A stretch of 64,000 nucleotides of DNA from Thermodesulfobacteriota bacterium (GCA_965205855.1 OZ242184.1:96001-160000); one strand, 5' to 3'. Positions 9,023 through 19,268 are shown, numbered from the stretch's first letter. Notes: generated by a model from the sequence alone, not told the origin. A program made the numbers and translations.

Positions 9023-9152
9023 AATGCTTTTTTACTGTTCCGGACGGTTTTCCGCACTGATTGAAAACCGTTTCGGACTTGATTTCCCCCGGTTTTGCGT
9101 TTGTTGCGGGGTCTTTCAATAAAGTAATGCACTTTTCGTTGTTCAAGTACGG

Positions 9153-9557
9153 CTAATCTCTTTTCAGAATCATATATGTAACCTGAGCGACCGACACTTT
9201 TTTCCCGTCCGAGTCCGTTATTGACGCCTCAACCGGGCACAGAGTCCTTCCAGCTTTGATGATTTTTGCGACAACCGTTATGTCCGATTTGCAGGGACGC
9301 AGAAAGCGGATGTTTATATCGGTTGTTGTTATGAAGGAGTCGGCTCCCGCGACCGTCAGAACTGCGGCCGCGGCCGCGGTATCCGCCGCGGTTGTTAGAA
9401 GCCCCCCGTGGAATGTTTCAAAAATCCCGTCGTAGTTTTCTTTTTTCGGAACCCTGAGTTCGCACATGCCGCTTTCCAGAGCGGTAATTTCCGCATCGAG
9501 AAGTTTCATTATGGGAACTGATTTCATTCTCATCTCCGTTTTTTTTATGTTGTTCAT
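9153..9557 (-). CDS. PaaI-family (hotdog fold) thioesterase
   Basis: FHGGLLTTAADTA, TTDINIRFLRP, IIKAGRT. Confidence 0.9.
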   Translation of the reverse strand: MNNIKKTEMRMKSVPIMKLLDAEITALESGMCELRVPKKENYDGIFETFHGGLLTTAADTAAAAAVLTVAGADSFITTTDINIRFLRPCKSDITVVAKIIKAGRTLCPVEASITDSDGKKVSVAQVTYMILKRD

Positions 9558-9649
9558 CCGATTTCCCCAGTACTTTGTTTTTGTTCTAAAACGCTTCGGT
9601 ATGGTAACCTGTAAACGCCGCTCTTAAAACAGGTTGTGGCGTATAGCGG

Positions 9650-10510
9650 ATGGCTCAAATAATAGACGGGAACAGAATTTCCGGGCAGGCGCGGGGCGAG
9701 GTTGCATCGGATGTTGAATTATTTCGCAAGCAAACCGGCGTAACGCCCGGACTTGCGGCAGTTCTTGTGGGAAACAACCCCGCTTCCGAGCTTTATGTGG
9801 CGAAAAAAAGAAATGCCTGCGCCGAAGCGGGCATATATTCCGAAGAGCACAGATTTGAAGCCTCAACGACTCAGAACGAGCTGCTCGCCCTCATAGACAG
9901 ACTGAATGCCGACACAAAAATACACGGGATACTTGTCCAGCTTCCGCTCCCTTCCGGCGTGGACGAGCCGACCGTGCTGAGAGCGGTCTCGCCCCTCAAG
10001 GATGTGGACGGTTTCCATCCCGAAAATATCGGAATGCTTATGCAGGGTAAACCGCGCTTTATCTCCTGCACGCCCTACGGAATTATGAAGATAATTGACA
10101 GTGTGGGAATTGATGTGAAAGGCGTTAATGTTGTTGTGATAGGCGCAAGCAACATAGTCGGCAAACCTGTCGCCGCAATGATGTTGAACAGATTAGCGAC
10201 CGTTACCGTGTGTCACCGCTACACGAAAAATCTTGAGTCTTTCACGACAAACGCGGACATACTGATAATCGCCATAGGTGTTGCGGGTTTCATTAAAGGC
10301 GACATGATAAAACAGGGCGCCGTGGTGATAGATGTCGGAATCAACCGCGACAGCAAAGGTGTCGTTACGGGTGATGTGGATTTTGAGTCCGCGCTTGGCA
10401 AGTGCTCATACATAACACCCGTTCCCGGAGGAGTGGGACCGATGACTATAACCATGCTTCTGAGCAACACCCTTGAAGCGGCCAGGATGCTCACCGGCGG
10501 CGGAATCTGA
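9650..10510 (+). CDS. folD: Methylenetetrahydrofolate dehydrogenase/cyclohydrolase
   Basis: PGLAAVLVG, GILVQLPLP, KDVDGFHP, ITPVPGGVGPMT. Confidence 0.97.
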   Translation: MAQIIDGNRISGQARGEVASDVELFRKQTGVTPGLAAVLVGNNPASELYVAKKRNACAEAGIYSEEHRFEASTTQNELLALIDRLNADTKIHGILVQLPLPSGVDEPTVLRAVSPLKDVDGFHPENIGMLMQGKPRFISCTPYGIMKIIDSVGIDVKGVNVVVIGASNIVGKPVAAMMLNRLATVTVCHRYTKNLESFTTNADILIIAIGVAGFIKGDMIKQGAVVIDVGINRDSKGVVTGDVDFESALGKCSYITPVPGGVGPMTITMLLSNTLEAARMLTGGGI

Positions 10511-10516
10511 ACAGAT

Positions 10517-11041
10517 CTACGAGTTTTCCACATATTGTGGAAAAAACCGGATTTTCCACATTTCCACGGACGATTTGTCTTTCAGATTTTCAAGCATTTC
10601 CGCCACGGTTCTGCCGAGAACGGGATGCCGGAAATCGGGCGCGACACGGCTCATCGGCTCAAGGATAAAACGCCTTAAATGCATTAGGGGATGGGGGATT
10701 TTGAGATTTTCACTTTCCGTTACGGTGTTTCCGTAAAGCAGGATGTCTAGGTCAATAATCCTTGGATTGTGGGACCCTTTCTCCGTTCTGCCCATGTTTT
10801 TTTCCACATTCTGAAGTTCCAGCAGAAATTCCTCCGGCGCGGAGGCTTTTTCAACTTCAATAACGGCAACCGCGTTGAAAAAAAACGGATGGTCGCCTTC
10901 AACGCCCACGGGTTCGGTTTTATAAAGCGGCGAGACTTTTTCAACGCGCGCAAAGCGCGATATGCGGAGCAGCGCTTCAACGCAGTTCGCCTCCCTGTTT
11001 CCGAGGTTTGTCCCAATCCCTATGAAAATTTTTTCACTCAA
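10517..11041 (-). CDS. folK: 2-amino-4-hydroxy-6-hydroxymethyldihydropteridine diphosphokinase
   Basis: IGIGTNLG, YKTEPVG, PRIIDLDILLY, IPHP. Confidence 0.95.
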   Translation of the reverse strand: MSEKIFIGIGTNLGNREANCVEALLRISRFARVEKVSPLYKTEPVGVEGDHPFFFNAVAVIEVEKASAPEEFLLELQNVEKNMGRTEKGSHNPRIIDLDILLYGNTVTESENLKIPHPLMHLRRFILEPMSRVAPDFRHPVLGRTVAEMLENLKDKSSVEMWKIRFFPQYVENS

Positions 11042-11050
11042 TTCTTCCTC

Positions 11051-11860
11051 TTACTTTCCCTGCCCTGAGGAGAAATTCCGTTTCATAAGCGTATCCGCCG
11101 TGAAATCCCCCGCGGCGGATACGGCTTCAAAACCGGTTTTTCCCCTTGCCGTAAAAGCGCAGAGCGCGGAAGAAAAAACACAACCCGTTCCGTGTGCTTC
11201 CCCGCCGTTTACTCTGGGGCGGGTTATCCCAAAGCAGTTTTCGCCGTCAAAAAGCAGGTCGCTCACTTTTTCCAACTCCGGCAGATGGCCGCCCGTTACG
11301 ACAACTTTTTTCACGCCAAGCCGTGCTATGAGCCGTGCGGCGGTTTCCATGTCTTTTATCCCGGCGATTTCAACTCCGCAAAGCGCCTGAGCCTCGTATA
11401 TGTTGGGTGTTGCAAAAGCGCAAAGCGGAAGCAACTCTTTTTTCAGCGCTTCAACTCCGCCGTCTGTGAGAAGGCGCGCGCCGGAGCTTGATTCTATCAC
11501 GGGGTCTGCGACAACGTTTTCTATTGAAAGGTCTCTTATGTTCCGGCAGACGGAAATGACGGTTTCTTCGTCAAAAAGCATTCCGGTTTTCGTGGCGTCG
11601 GTGCGTTTTTTTGAAAGAGCCGCGAACTGGAAGTCTATGAAATCCGGTTCAACCTTTTGTGTCGCCAGAACCTCGCTTTCCGTTTGCGCGGTCAGGCATG
11701 AAATTACGGAAAACCCTTCAACTCCGAGCGCGGCGAATGTTTTTATGTCCGCAGCAATTCCCGCACCGCCCGAAGGGTCGAAGCCGGCTATGGTTAAAAC
11801 CGAAGCAGTCCGTTTGTCCGTCACGGGAAGTTTTTTAACAGAAAGTGGCTCATATTTCAA
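11051..11860 (-). CDS. thiD: Hydroxymethylpyrimidine/phosphomethylpyrimidine kinase
   Basis: LTIAGFDPSGGAGIAADIKT, KTGML, TPNIYEA, HGTGC. Confidence 0.93.
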   Translation of the reverse strand: MKYEPLSVKKLPVTDKRTASVLTIAGFDPSGGAGIAADIKTFAALGVEGFSVISCLTAQTESEVLATQKVEPDFIDFQFAALSKKRTDATKTGMLFDEETVISVCRNIRDLSIENVVADPVIESSSGARLLTDGGVEALKKELLPLCAFATPNIYEAQALCGVEIAGIKDMETAARLIARLGVKKVVVTGGHLPELEKVSDLLFDGENCFGITRPRVNGGEAHGTGCVFSSALCAFTARGKTGFEAVSAAGDFTADTLMKRNFSSGQGK

Positions 11861-11958
11861 AGAGTATGCCTTCTCCGGAAAAAGCGGCGGATTTTACAAT
11901 AACGCGCTTTTTGATATAATTGCATTTCTTGAATTTTCATTATTGAGAGGTGCGAGTT

Positions 11959-12369
11959 ATGGGTGAGCCACAGATTTTTATGCCGGAGCTTTTCAAAGAG
12001 GATGATAAAGGAAATATCCGTCTTGTCGCGGGTTACTGTCCTGAATCGGACAATTGGACATTTCCCAAATATCTTGCCGACCCGGTGAGTTTTTCCGACA
12101 AAATAGAGGAGAAGTTTTTGAGCGTCACGGGGGTTCTTCACGCCTTCACGGTTGTTCGCAGGAGTATGCCGGAATACGTTGTTCCGTATGTTCTCGCGCT
12201 TGTGGATTTCCCCGAAACCGTGCGCGTAATGGCGCAGGTGGAGACTTCCGATTTTGACGCTCTCACGTTTGGTGAGGAAATGGGAGTTACAACCGGAATC
12301 ATAAGAAAAGCCCCGGACGGAAGCGATGTGATTTCATACAAGTTTATTCCCGTCCGCGAAGTGAAATAG
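11959..12369 (+). CDS. DUF35-type OB-fold protein (ChsH2-like) with a degenerate zinc ribbon
   Basis: GVLHAFTVVRR...VPYVLALVDFPETVRVMAQV...GEEMGV is the DUF35 OB-fold pattern. SD GAGAGG before ATG 11959. Confidence 0.8.
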   Translation: MGEPQIFMPELFKEDDKGNIRLVAGYCPESDNWTFPKYLADPVSFSDKIEEKFLSVTGVLHAFTVVRRSMPEYVVPYVLALVDFPETVRVMAQVETSDFDALTFGEEMGVTTGIIRKAPDGSDVISYKFIPVREVK

Positions 12370-12388
12370 TTTCCGTTCGGGCGTTTGG

Positions 12389-12925
12389 TTACCGTAATTT
12401 CCACTCCGCCCTGATTTTCCGGGCGGGGTCAAACCCTTTGCGTTCTATATAACCCGCCGGGAGTTCAAGGGCGGCTTTGTATGGCGCGGGAGGTTTGTAG
12501 TTTCGCGATTGGAGCGCGCAACGGGTTTCCCACTTCTGTCTGTTTTCACCTCTTTTTTTCGGGCATTTTTTCATTCTCACCTTTTTAATCACCGTTCCGT
12601 CTTCCGCGATATAGAGTATGTCCAAGTCTATGTATGTGTTGAACATCCAGAACCCACCCGTCACGTGTTTTTCGTAGGGGAAAAGCATTCCACTTCCGTC
12701 CGGCAGTTTTTTTCTGCACATCAAACCCCGCAGTTTTTCATCTTCCGTGAGGGCGGTTTCCGCTTTGATTTCCGCCCATTTTTTACCGTTTATCAGAACA
12801 ACTTTCACATCGTGCAGAGGAGTTGTGTCGAAATCCGCGCAGTCTGTCCAAAAGTCCGAGGCAGACGGCTCCGGCAACAAAAACGCCGCGAGGCAAAGGG
12901 CTGTGAATACAACCGTGCGCATCAT
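12389..12925 (-). CDS. DUF192-domain exported protein
   Basis: Signal peptide; RGLMCR..LPDGSGMLF, FWMFNTYIDLDILYI, ALELPAG. Confidence 0.88.
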   Translation of the reverse strand: MMRTVVFTALCLAAFLLPEPSASDFWTDCADFDTTPLHDVKVVLINGKKWAEIKAETALTEDEKLRGLMCRKKLPDGSGMLFPYEKHVTGGFWMFNTYIDLDILYIAEDGTVIKKVRMKKCPKKRGENRQKWETRCALQSRNYKPPAPYKAALELPAGYIERKGFDPARKIRAEWKLR

Positions 12926-14286
12926 TTTTCCGTGGCTTTGCCGAGCGCGGTTTCAACCGCGTCTCTTATTTCTGCGAGACGTTTTTCGCTTTCCGCTTCA
13001 AATCTCAGAACAAGCGCGGGTTGCGTGTTTGAAGCCCGTACAAGACCCCAGCCGTCCGGAAACTCTGCGCGCACGCCGTCTATGCAGTTAATTTCCGCTT
13101 TGGGGAAATTCTCCGCCATCAGGGCTTTCACTCTTTCAATTACTTTGAATTTTTTATCGTCCGGACAGGCGATATGAATTTCCGGAGTTGAGAAAACTTC
13201 CGGCACATCTGCGAGAAGTTCCGAAACTGTTTTTCCCGTGGCGGACACAATCTCCAGAAGTCTCAGCCCCGCGTAGAGGGCGTCATCGTAGCCGAAAAAC
13301 CTGTCGCCGAAAAAGATATGACCACTCAACTCTCCGGCAAGGGCAGCGTTTTCTTCGGCGAGTTTCTTTTTCATAAGCGAGTGTCCGGTTTTCCACATAA
13401 TCGTCTTTGCCCCGGCTTTTTCCGCGAGTTCAAAAAGCAGTTTTGAGCATTTTACATCTCCGATGATTTTTGCTCCGGGTTTTCTCTCCGCAATCTCAAG
13501 GGCGAATATGAGAACAAGCATATCGCCCCGGACGATATTTCCTTTTTCGTCCACAACTCCGAGCCGGTCGGCGTCTCCGTCAAAAGCCATTCCGAGCCGG
13601 CTTTTTCGGCTCCACACGGTTTTTATAAGGTCTTGCAGATTTGCCTCAACGGATGGATCAGGATGGTGGTTCGGAAAGGTTCCGTCCGGTTCGGTGAAAA
13701 TTCCAACCGCTTTGCAGCCGAGTTTTTCAAACACAAAAGGGGCAGCGATTCCTCCCGTGCCATTGCCGCAGTCAAATGCGAGGTCAATCCCGCTTTCCAC
13801 TTTGACTCTGTCTGAAAGAAAGTCCGCGTATTGTTCGGTTATTCCGGTTTTTATGATTTTTCCCCGCGCGTGTTTGCTTTTTTCCACCGGCGTTTCGGAA
13901 AGGGATTTTATCTCTTCCCCGAACATGGCGTTTTTGCCCATGCACAGTTTCAACCCGTTGTATTCGGGCGGGTTGTGGCTTGCCGTTATAATTACCCCGC
14001 CGTCCAGATCCATATTAAATATGGAAAAATAAAGCATCGGAGTTGAAACAAGCCCGATGTCAAGAACGTTCACGCCCCGGCTTGTTATGCCGTCCGCAAG
14101 GGCGGCGGAGAAACTCTCCGAACTCAGGCGGCAGTCCCTCCCTGCGGAAACGGTTTTTGCCCCGTTTGATTTGGCTTTTTCGCCGTATGATTTGCCAATC
14201 GCAAAAACACGCTCTTCGCTTATGCCTTCGCCCGCAATTCCCCTGATGTCGTATTCCCTGAAGATGTCTTCGGATTTTTCTGCCAC
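12922..14286 (-). CDS. Phosphomannomutase/phosphoglucomutase (AlgC-like)
   Basis: FREYDIRG, TASHNP, FDGDADR, GELSGH, RASNTQP. Confidence 0.95.
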   Translation of the reverse strand: MAEKSEDIFREYDIRGIAGEGISEERVFAIGKSYGEKAKSNGAKTVSAGRDCRLSSESFSAALADGITSRGVNVLDIGLVSTPMLYFSIFNMDLDGGVIITASHNPPEYNGLKLCMGKNAMFGEEIKSLSETPVEKSKHARGKIIKTGITEQYADFLSDRVKVESGIDLAFDCGNGTGGIAAPFVFEKLGCKAVGIFTEPDGTFPNHHPDPSVEANLQDLIKTVWSRKSRLGMAFDGDADRLGVVDEKGNIVRGDMLVLIFALEIAERKPGAKIIGDVKCSKLLFELAEKAGAKTIMWKTGHSLMKKKLAEENAALAGELSGHIFFGDRFFGYDDALYAGLRLLEIVSATGKTVSELLADVPEVFSTPEIHIACPDDKKFKVIERVKALMAENFPKAEINCIDGVRAEFPDGWGLVRASNTQPALVLRFEAESEKRLAEIRDAVETALGKATEK

Positions 14287-14357
14287 TTGAGCGCGTCCTT
14301 TCCCGCGTATTCGTGGGTGGTTGACTTTATTCTAACACTTTTTACCATTAGCCCATT

Positions 14358-15836
14358 GTGATTCGCCCTTCCTTCAAGGAGTTCAGCAAAAAACTGAAAT
14401 CCGGAAACCTTGTCCCCGTGTGGGATGAAATTCCCGCGTATTCAGACACTCCGGTATCTGCGTTCGCAAAAATAGACAATTCCCCCGATTCGTTTCTTTT
14501 TGAAAGCGTAGAGGGCGGAGACAAATGGGCGCGTTACAGTTTTCTCGGTTCCGGTTCGGACTGTGTGTTCCGCGCCAGGGGGCAGAATGTTGAGATAGAG
14601 GAAGCCGGTTCGCTAACACGGCTTGAGGGCGACCCGTTTGAACTGCTCAGGGATTTGCTCGCGAGATACGAGTTTGTTGGAGATCCGGAACTTCCGCGCT
14701 TTTGCGGCGGCGCGTTGGGATATATGAACTACGATGCCGTGAGGTTTATTGAAAACCTTCCCGAAAAATCCCCCGATGTGCTCGGTGTGTGGGATTTCTA
14801 TTTTATGATTGCGGGTTCGGTGCTTGTTTTTGACAACGTGAAAAACGATGTGAAAACGGTTGTGTGCGCATACTGCCCGGACGAGGCGAAGGCGGAGGAG
14901 GTTTACAATTCCGCCGTCCGTGAGATAGAGCGGCTCAAACGCGCGCTTGCGTCTTTCGCCTCTGAGGATGCGGTTTCCGCCCGCGCCGGCGGAGATAAGG
15001 ACGAAGAGTTTGTTTCTAATTTTGAAAAACGCGATTTTGAGAAATCAGTTGAAAAGGTCAAGGAATATATAAGGGACGGCGACATAATACAGGCGGTAAT
15101 CTCGCAGAGATGGCAGACCGGGCTTGATGTGGAGCCGCTCAATCTTTACAGGGCGCTCAGAACGCTGAACCCGTCCCCTTATATGTTTTTTCTCAAAACC
15201 GGCGGGCAGACGCTTGTCGGTTCATCGCCCGAAGTTATGGTGCGCGTGGACGGACGCGCGGTTGAGAGCCGTCCGATAGCCGGAACAAGACCGAGAGGAA
15301 AGGATGAAAACGAAGACCTCGCCCTTGAGCGCGAACTGCTCGCGGACGCCAAAGAAAGGGCGGAGCACATAATGCTTGTTGATTTGGCGAGAAACGATTT
15401 GGGAAGAATAGCAAAGCCCGGCACGGTTGAAGTGACTTCTTTTATGAATGTTGAGCGGTATTCGCATGTGATGCACATAGTTTCAAATGTCCGGTGCGAA
15501 ATGACGGACGGAAAAGACATGATTGACATTGTGAAGGCGACTTTTCCGGCGGGGACGCTTTCGGGCGCGCCGAAGGTTCGGGCGATGGAGATTATAGAGG
15601 AGATAGAGCCCGCGAGGAGAGGTCCCTACGGCGGCGCGGTCGGGTATATGAGTTTTTCGGGCGATATGGATACCTGTATTACAATCAGGACTTTTCTGAT
15701 AAAGGATGGGAAGATATATGTTCAGGCGGGCGCGGGGATTGTTGCGGATTCGGAGCCGGAAAAGGAATATGAGGAGACGGTTAACAAGGTGAAGGCGTTG
15801 TTGAAGGCGCTTGAGGTGGCGAGGGGGATGGGGTGA
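14358..15836 (+). CDS. trpE: Anthranilate synthase component I
   Basis: FLFESVEGGDKWARYS, NPSPYMF, PIAGTRPRG, EHIMLVDLARND, FPAGTLSGAPK. Confidence 0.93.
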   Translation: MIRPSFKEFSKKLKSGNLVPVWDEIPAYSDTPVSAFAKIDNSPDSFLFESVEGGDKWARYSFLGSGSDCVFRARGQNVEIEEAGSLTRLEGDPFELLRDLLARYEFVGDPELPRFCGGALGYMNYDAVRFIENLPEKSPDVLGVWDFYFMIAGSVLVFDNVKNDVKTVVCAYCPDEAKAEEVYNSAVREIERLKRALASFASEDAVSARAGGDKDEEFVSNFEKRDFEKSVEKVKEYIRDGDIIQAVISQRWQTGLDVEPLNLYRALRTLNPSPYMFFLKTGGQTLVGSSPEVMVRVDGRAVESRPIAGTRPRGKDENEDLALERELLADAKERAEHIMLVDLARNDLGRIAKPGTVEVTSFMNVERYSHVMHIVSNVRCEMTDGKDMIDIVKATFPAGTLSGAPKVRAMEIIEEIEPARRGPYGGAVGYMSFSGDMDTCITIRTFLIKDGKIYVQAGAGIVADSEPEKEYEETVNKVKALLKALEVARGMG

Positions 15837-15868
15837 GCGGAAATCTCGCAGTTAAGATTTACGGTGAT

Positions 15869-16198
15869 TTAAGAAGGATTTTTAAAGTCGTTAACACAAA
15901 CCTCTCTGCTCTTGTCCAGAGTTTTTAGAATATTTTTATACTCGTATTTTTCCAGCCTTTTTCTTGCTCTGATAGCACAGGCATTAGCGTATGCTTTGCT
16001 GAGAGAATGTGAACTCCTACCCGTATAGACAGAGATATAACACAACGACCTTTCTTCTTTAACTTGTTTTGTTATGAATCCAAAGACTCTTACAGAAGCT
16101 TTTTACACCCATACTATATGAGTCTGATACTTTGGGTCTTCTTTGTCTTTGGCTCACTCTGTTTGTATTGGTTTAATTGAGCTATGCTGTGCATTCAT
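15869..16198 (-). pseudogene. Possible degraded gene remnant in an AT-rich spacer
   Basis: A 110-codon frame from ATG 16198 to TAA 15869 is broken by two in-frame stops (MNAQ...TE*AKD...WV*KASVRVFG...KNPS*). Lower GC than the flanking genes. Confidence 0.3.
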
Positions 16199-16311
16199 CC
16201 ATTTTTTCAGTCTTCAATATCTTCAATTAAATAACTTCAAAAAGTTTCATAACTTTTCTAACTTTTTCTATCGGGAGCAAAGAAACGGGGTCTTCGTGTA
16301 TAATCCCATTA

Positions 16312-16887
16312 ATGCTCTTAATGATAGACAACTACGATTCCTTCACCTACAACCTTGTTCATTATTTCTGTGAACTCGGCAAAGAGGTTTCCACATACCG
16401 CAATGACGCAATATCAACGGACGAAATAGAAGAACTTTCTCCCGAAATGATAGTTGTCTCTCCCGGGCCGTGTTCTCCAGAAAAATCGGGAGTGTCGGTT
16501 GAGATTATAAAACAATTCGCCGGAAAAACGCCCATTCTCGGAGTCTGCCTCGGACATCAGGCGGTCGCGCACGCTTTCGGGGCGGATATTGTCAGAGCGA
16601 AACGCCTTTTGCACGGAAAAACCTCCGAAATCCACCACGAGGGCGCGGGAGTTTTCAAAGACCTTCCAAGCCCGTTCAGCGCCACAAGATACCATTCCCT
16701 GATTATTGACCCCGTAACTCTGCCGGACGATTTTGAAGTTACGGCTTGGACTGAAAACGATGAGATAATGGGAATAAAACACAAACACTTCTCCGGTGCG
16801 GGACGGCTTGAAGGCGTCCAGTTTCACCCCGAATCGGTTCTTACAGAGCACGGAAAGGATCTTTTGAAGAACTTTATAGAGGGATAA
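16312..16887 (+). CDS. trpG: Anthranilate synthase component II / PabA-type glutamine amidotransferase
   Basis: [36 protein letters not shown]. Confidence 0.9.
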   Translation: MLLMIDNYDSFTYNLVHYFCELGKEVSTYRNDAISTDEIEELSPEMIVVSPGPCSPEKSGVSVEIIKQFAGKTPILGVCLGHQAVAHAFGADIVRAKRLLHGKTSEIHHEGAGVFKDLPSPFSATRYHSLIIDPVTLPDDFEVTAWTENDEIMGIKHKHFSGAGRLEGVQFHPESVLTEHGKDLLKNFIEG

Positions 16888-16889
16888 AA

Positions 16890-18620
16890 ATGAAACTTCT
16901 TTTCAGACCGCGCGATAAACAATTTGTCGGCGAGGGAGACCTGCCGTTTGGAACTTTTGACAACACCGGACAGTGGCTGCCGGTTTTCCGCTATCTGGAA
17001 GCGGGCGCGGAGAGGTTTGCGGACAAAATTCTTTTCAGTGTAGCGGACTCCGGCGGCAAGGTGAAGGAAAGTTACTCATACGGCGCGGCGAACGGCAAAG
17101 TGAACCGGATTACCAACGCGCTTGCCGGCGAACTCGGCGTGAAAAAAGGCGAAACGGTCGGCATATACATGCTCAACCGCGCGGAGTTTGTGCTTTCAAT
17201 CCTTGCGATACACAAATCGGGCGGAGTTCAGGTTCCCGTCAATAAAGATGAAAAGGGAGAGCGGCTCGCCTATATTCTCAACTACTCCGAACAGAGAGTT
17301 CTCATGACCGACAAAGACAGCCTGCCTTTGCTGCTTGAAATCTCAGACGATATTGAAAATCTGGAATTCATATTTGTCGCCGATTCTGACGGTCCACAAG
17401 ACCTCCCAGAAAAACTCGGCTCGGCAAAGGTTTTGCCGTTTTCTTTTTTTGACAAATTTCCCGGACAAAACCCCAGAGTTGATGTTTCTGTCTCGGATGT
17501 GGAAAGGTGCATGTTCACATCCGGCACAACCGGAATGCCGAAAGGGGTTTCAAGAAACCACAGCGGCGTGGTGCTGACGGTGCGGGCGTACCTTGAGCAT
17601 CAGGGGATAAGAAGCGGGGATGTGCTTATGACTGTGCTTTCTCTTGCTCACGCGAATGCGCAGGCGATGTGCCTGTTTGCAAGCATAATGGCGGGCGCGG
17701 AGTGCGTGATTTTTCCGCGTTTTTCCGCATCCGGTTTCTGGAAGTGGGCGGCGGACTGCGGGGCGACTGTTACAAACATGCTCGGCTCCGTTCCCGAATA
17801 TCTTTGGGCTTCGGCTCCGTCCGGACACGACAGAAAACACCGCGTCAGAACAGTTCTCGCGGGTCCCGCTCCCAAAAACCGCGCAGAGTTTGAAAACCGT
17901 TTCGGCATAAGGGTTGTTGAGGGATATGGCTCAACGGAAATGGGAATGGTGCTGTGGCAGTATGCCGAGGATTTCCGCCCCGGCTCCTGCGGATTTGTGA
18001 CGGCGGGCTATCATGTGGAGATAAGAGACCCGGACGATACGGACAGGGTTGTTGAAGATATGTGGGACACCGCCTGTGACGACTCTCCGCCGGACGGATG
18101 TGTGGGTCTGCTGTTTATCCGTCCGCTCATACCGGACACAACACTGAATGAGTATTTCAAAGATCCGGAGCGGACGCGGCAGGTTTTTGATGCGGAGGGT
18201 TTTTTTAATTCCGATGACCTTTTTGCGCGGGGAGCGGACGGCAGATACTACTTTCAGGGCAGATACAGCAGAATAAGGGTTTCGGGAGAGAATGTTGACC
18301 CCAACGCCGTTGCCAACACCGCCCTGAAGCACGAATCGATCAATCAGGCAGTTGCCCTCGGAGTAAGGTTGCCGGAGGTTTCCGATGACGAAATCAAACT
18401 GAACATAGTGCTTGAAAAAGGGGCACGGTTTGACCATGAGCAGTTTTGTAAATGGATGGCGGAACGGGTTGCCGTCTATATGGTTCCGAGGTTTATTCAT
18501 ATACACAAACAGTTTCCACTGACCTCAACTCAGAAGATTAATCTCGGTGCTTTGAAACTTCTCGGAGAAACAACCTGGGACAGAAGCAAATCGGGCCTCA
18601 ATCTGAAAACAAGAAAGTGA
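16890..18620 (+). CDS. AMP-dependent acyl-CoA ligase, CaiC-like, paralog 1
   Basis: FTSGTTGMPKGV, YGSTE, PRFSASGFW, PLTSTQK. Confidence 0.88.
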   Translation: MKLLFRPRDKQFVGEGDLPFGTFDNTGQWLPVFRYLEAGAERFADKILFSVADSGGKVKESYSYGAANGKVNRITNALAGELGVKKGETVGIYMLNRAEFVLSILAIHKSGGVQVPVNKDEKGERLAYILNYSEQRVLMTDKDSLPLLLEISDDIENLEFIFVADSDGPQDLPEKLGSAKVLPFSFFDKFPGQNPRVDVSVSDVERCMFTSGTTGMPKGVSRNHSGVVLTVRAYLEHQGIRSGDVLMTVLSLAHANAQAMCLFASIMAGAECVIFPRFSASGFWKWAADCGATVTNMLGSVPEYLWASAPSGHDRKHRVRTVLAGPAPKNRAEFENRFGIRVVEGYGSTEMGMVLWQYAEDFRPGSCGFVTAGYHVEIRDPDDTDRVVEDMWDTACDDSPPDGCVGLLFIRPLIPDTTLNEYFKDPERTRQVFDAEGFFNSDDLFARGADGRYYFQGRYSRIRVSGENVDPNAVANTALKHESINQAVALGVRLPEVSDDEIKLNIVLEKGARFDHEQFCKWMAERVAVYMVPRFIHIHKQFPLTSTQKINLGALKLLGETTWDRSKSGLNLKTRK

Positions 18621-18687
18621 AGTTATCTTGATTTTTCCGCATTTTCTTATTAAATTAAGAAAAATTTTTTCCGGAGGGATGTTTACT

Positions 18688-19266
18688 ATGAGCAGATTTG
18701 CTTTTTTGCTTTCTTTATCTCTGTTCCTTGTTGTGTCGGGAATGTCTTCGGGCGCATCGGCGTCACCGATTAGCGACAACGCCCGCTCCAGCGGAATACA
18801 GGTCTGCGCGGACTTGCTCACACGCGAGACTCAAGAGGGATGGCTGAATAACCCTTCTCTTGTTACCAGTGATTTTGTCGCTCCGGGCGGCCCGCAAGAT
18901 GCTGATAACAACCCTTTCTTCTCGGTCGCTTTGGTACAGGCCGGCGGTGAAACGGGAACTATCCATGTCACCACCACGGCATCGCCGTCTGTGCCTTCTC
19001 AGGAAAAAGGCGGTTTTTTCGGCAAGGACAAGAGCGAAGCGAAGTGCAGTCTTCAAATCAGCGAGACCTTTTTGTATTCCAATGCCTGTGAGGCGCTGTC
19101 TCTTGAGCTTTCGCAAGCGGGTTTCCAATCCAGCCCGCTTGGAGACTATGCGACATTGATGAAGAAAATAGAGGGCTCAAATCCCTATAATTTCTTCTAC
19201 CTGACTCAGGCTAACCAGGGCAATAACTGCCTTGTAACAAGAAGGAAGATTCGCTACTTGCAGTAG
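18688..19266 (+). CDS. Hypothetical exported protein with 4 Cys
   Basis: SD GGAGGG; signal peptide MSRFAFLLSLSLFLVVSGMSSGASA; no recognisable domain. Confidence 0.7.
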   Translation: MSRFAFLLSLSLFLVVSGMSSGASASPISDNARSSGIQVCADLLTRETQEGWLNNPSLVTSDFVAPGGPQDADNNPFFSVALVQAGGETGTIHVTTTASPSVPSQEKGGFFGKDKSEAKCSLQISETFLYSNACEALSLELSQAGFQSSPLGDYATLMKKIEGSNPYNFFYLTQANQGNNCLVTRRKIRYLQ

Positions 19267-19268
19267 TC

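Noticed and set aside
8940-9146. Short 60-68 aa ORFs in the ADC-PaaI intergenic region
   Set aside because: No SD or motifs; they overlap the operator copy and hairpins, so the region is better explained as regulatory.
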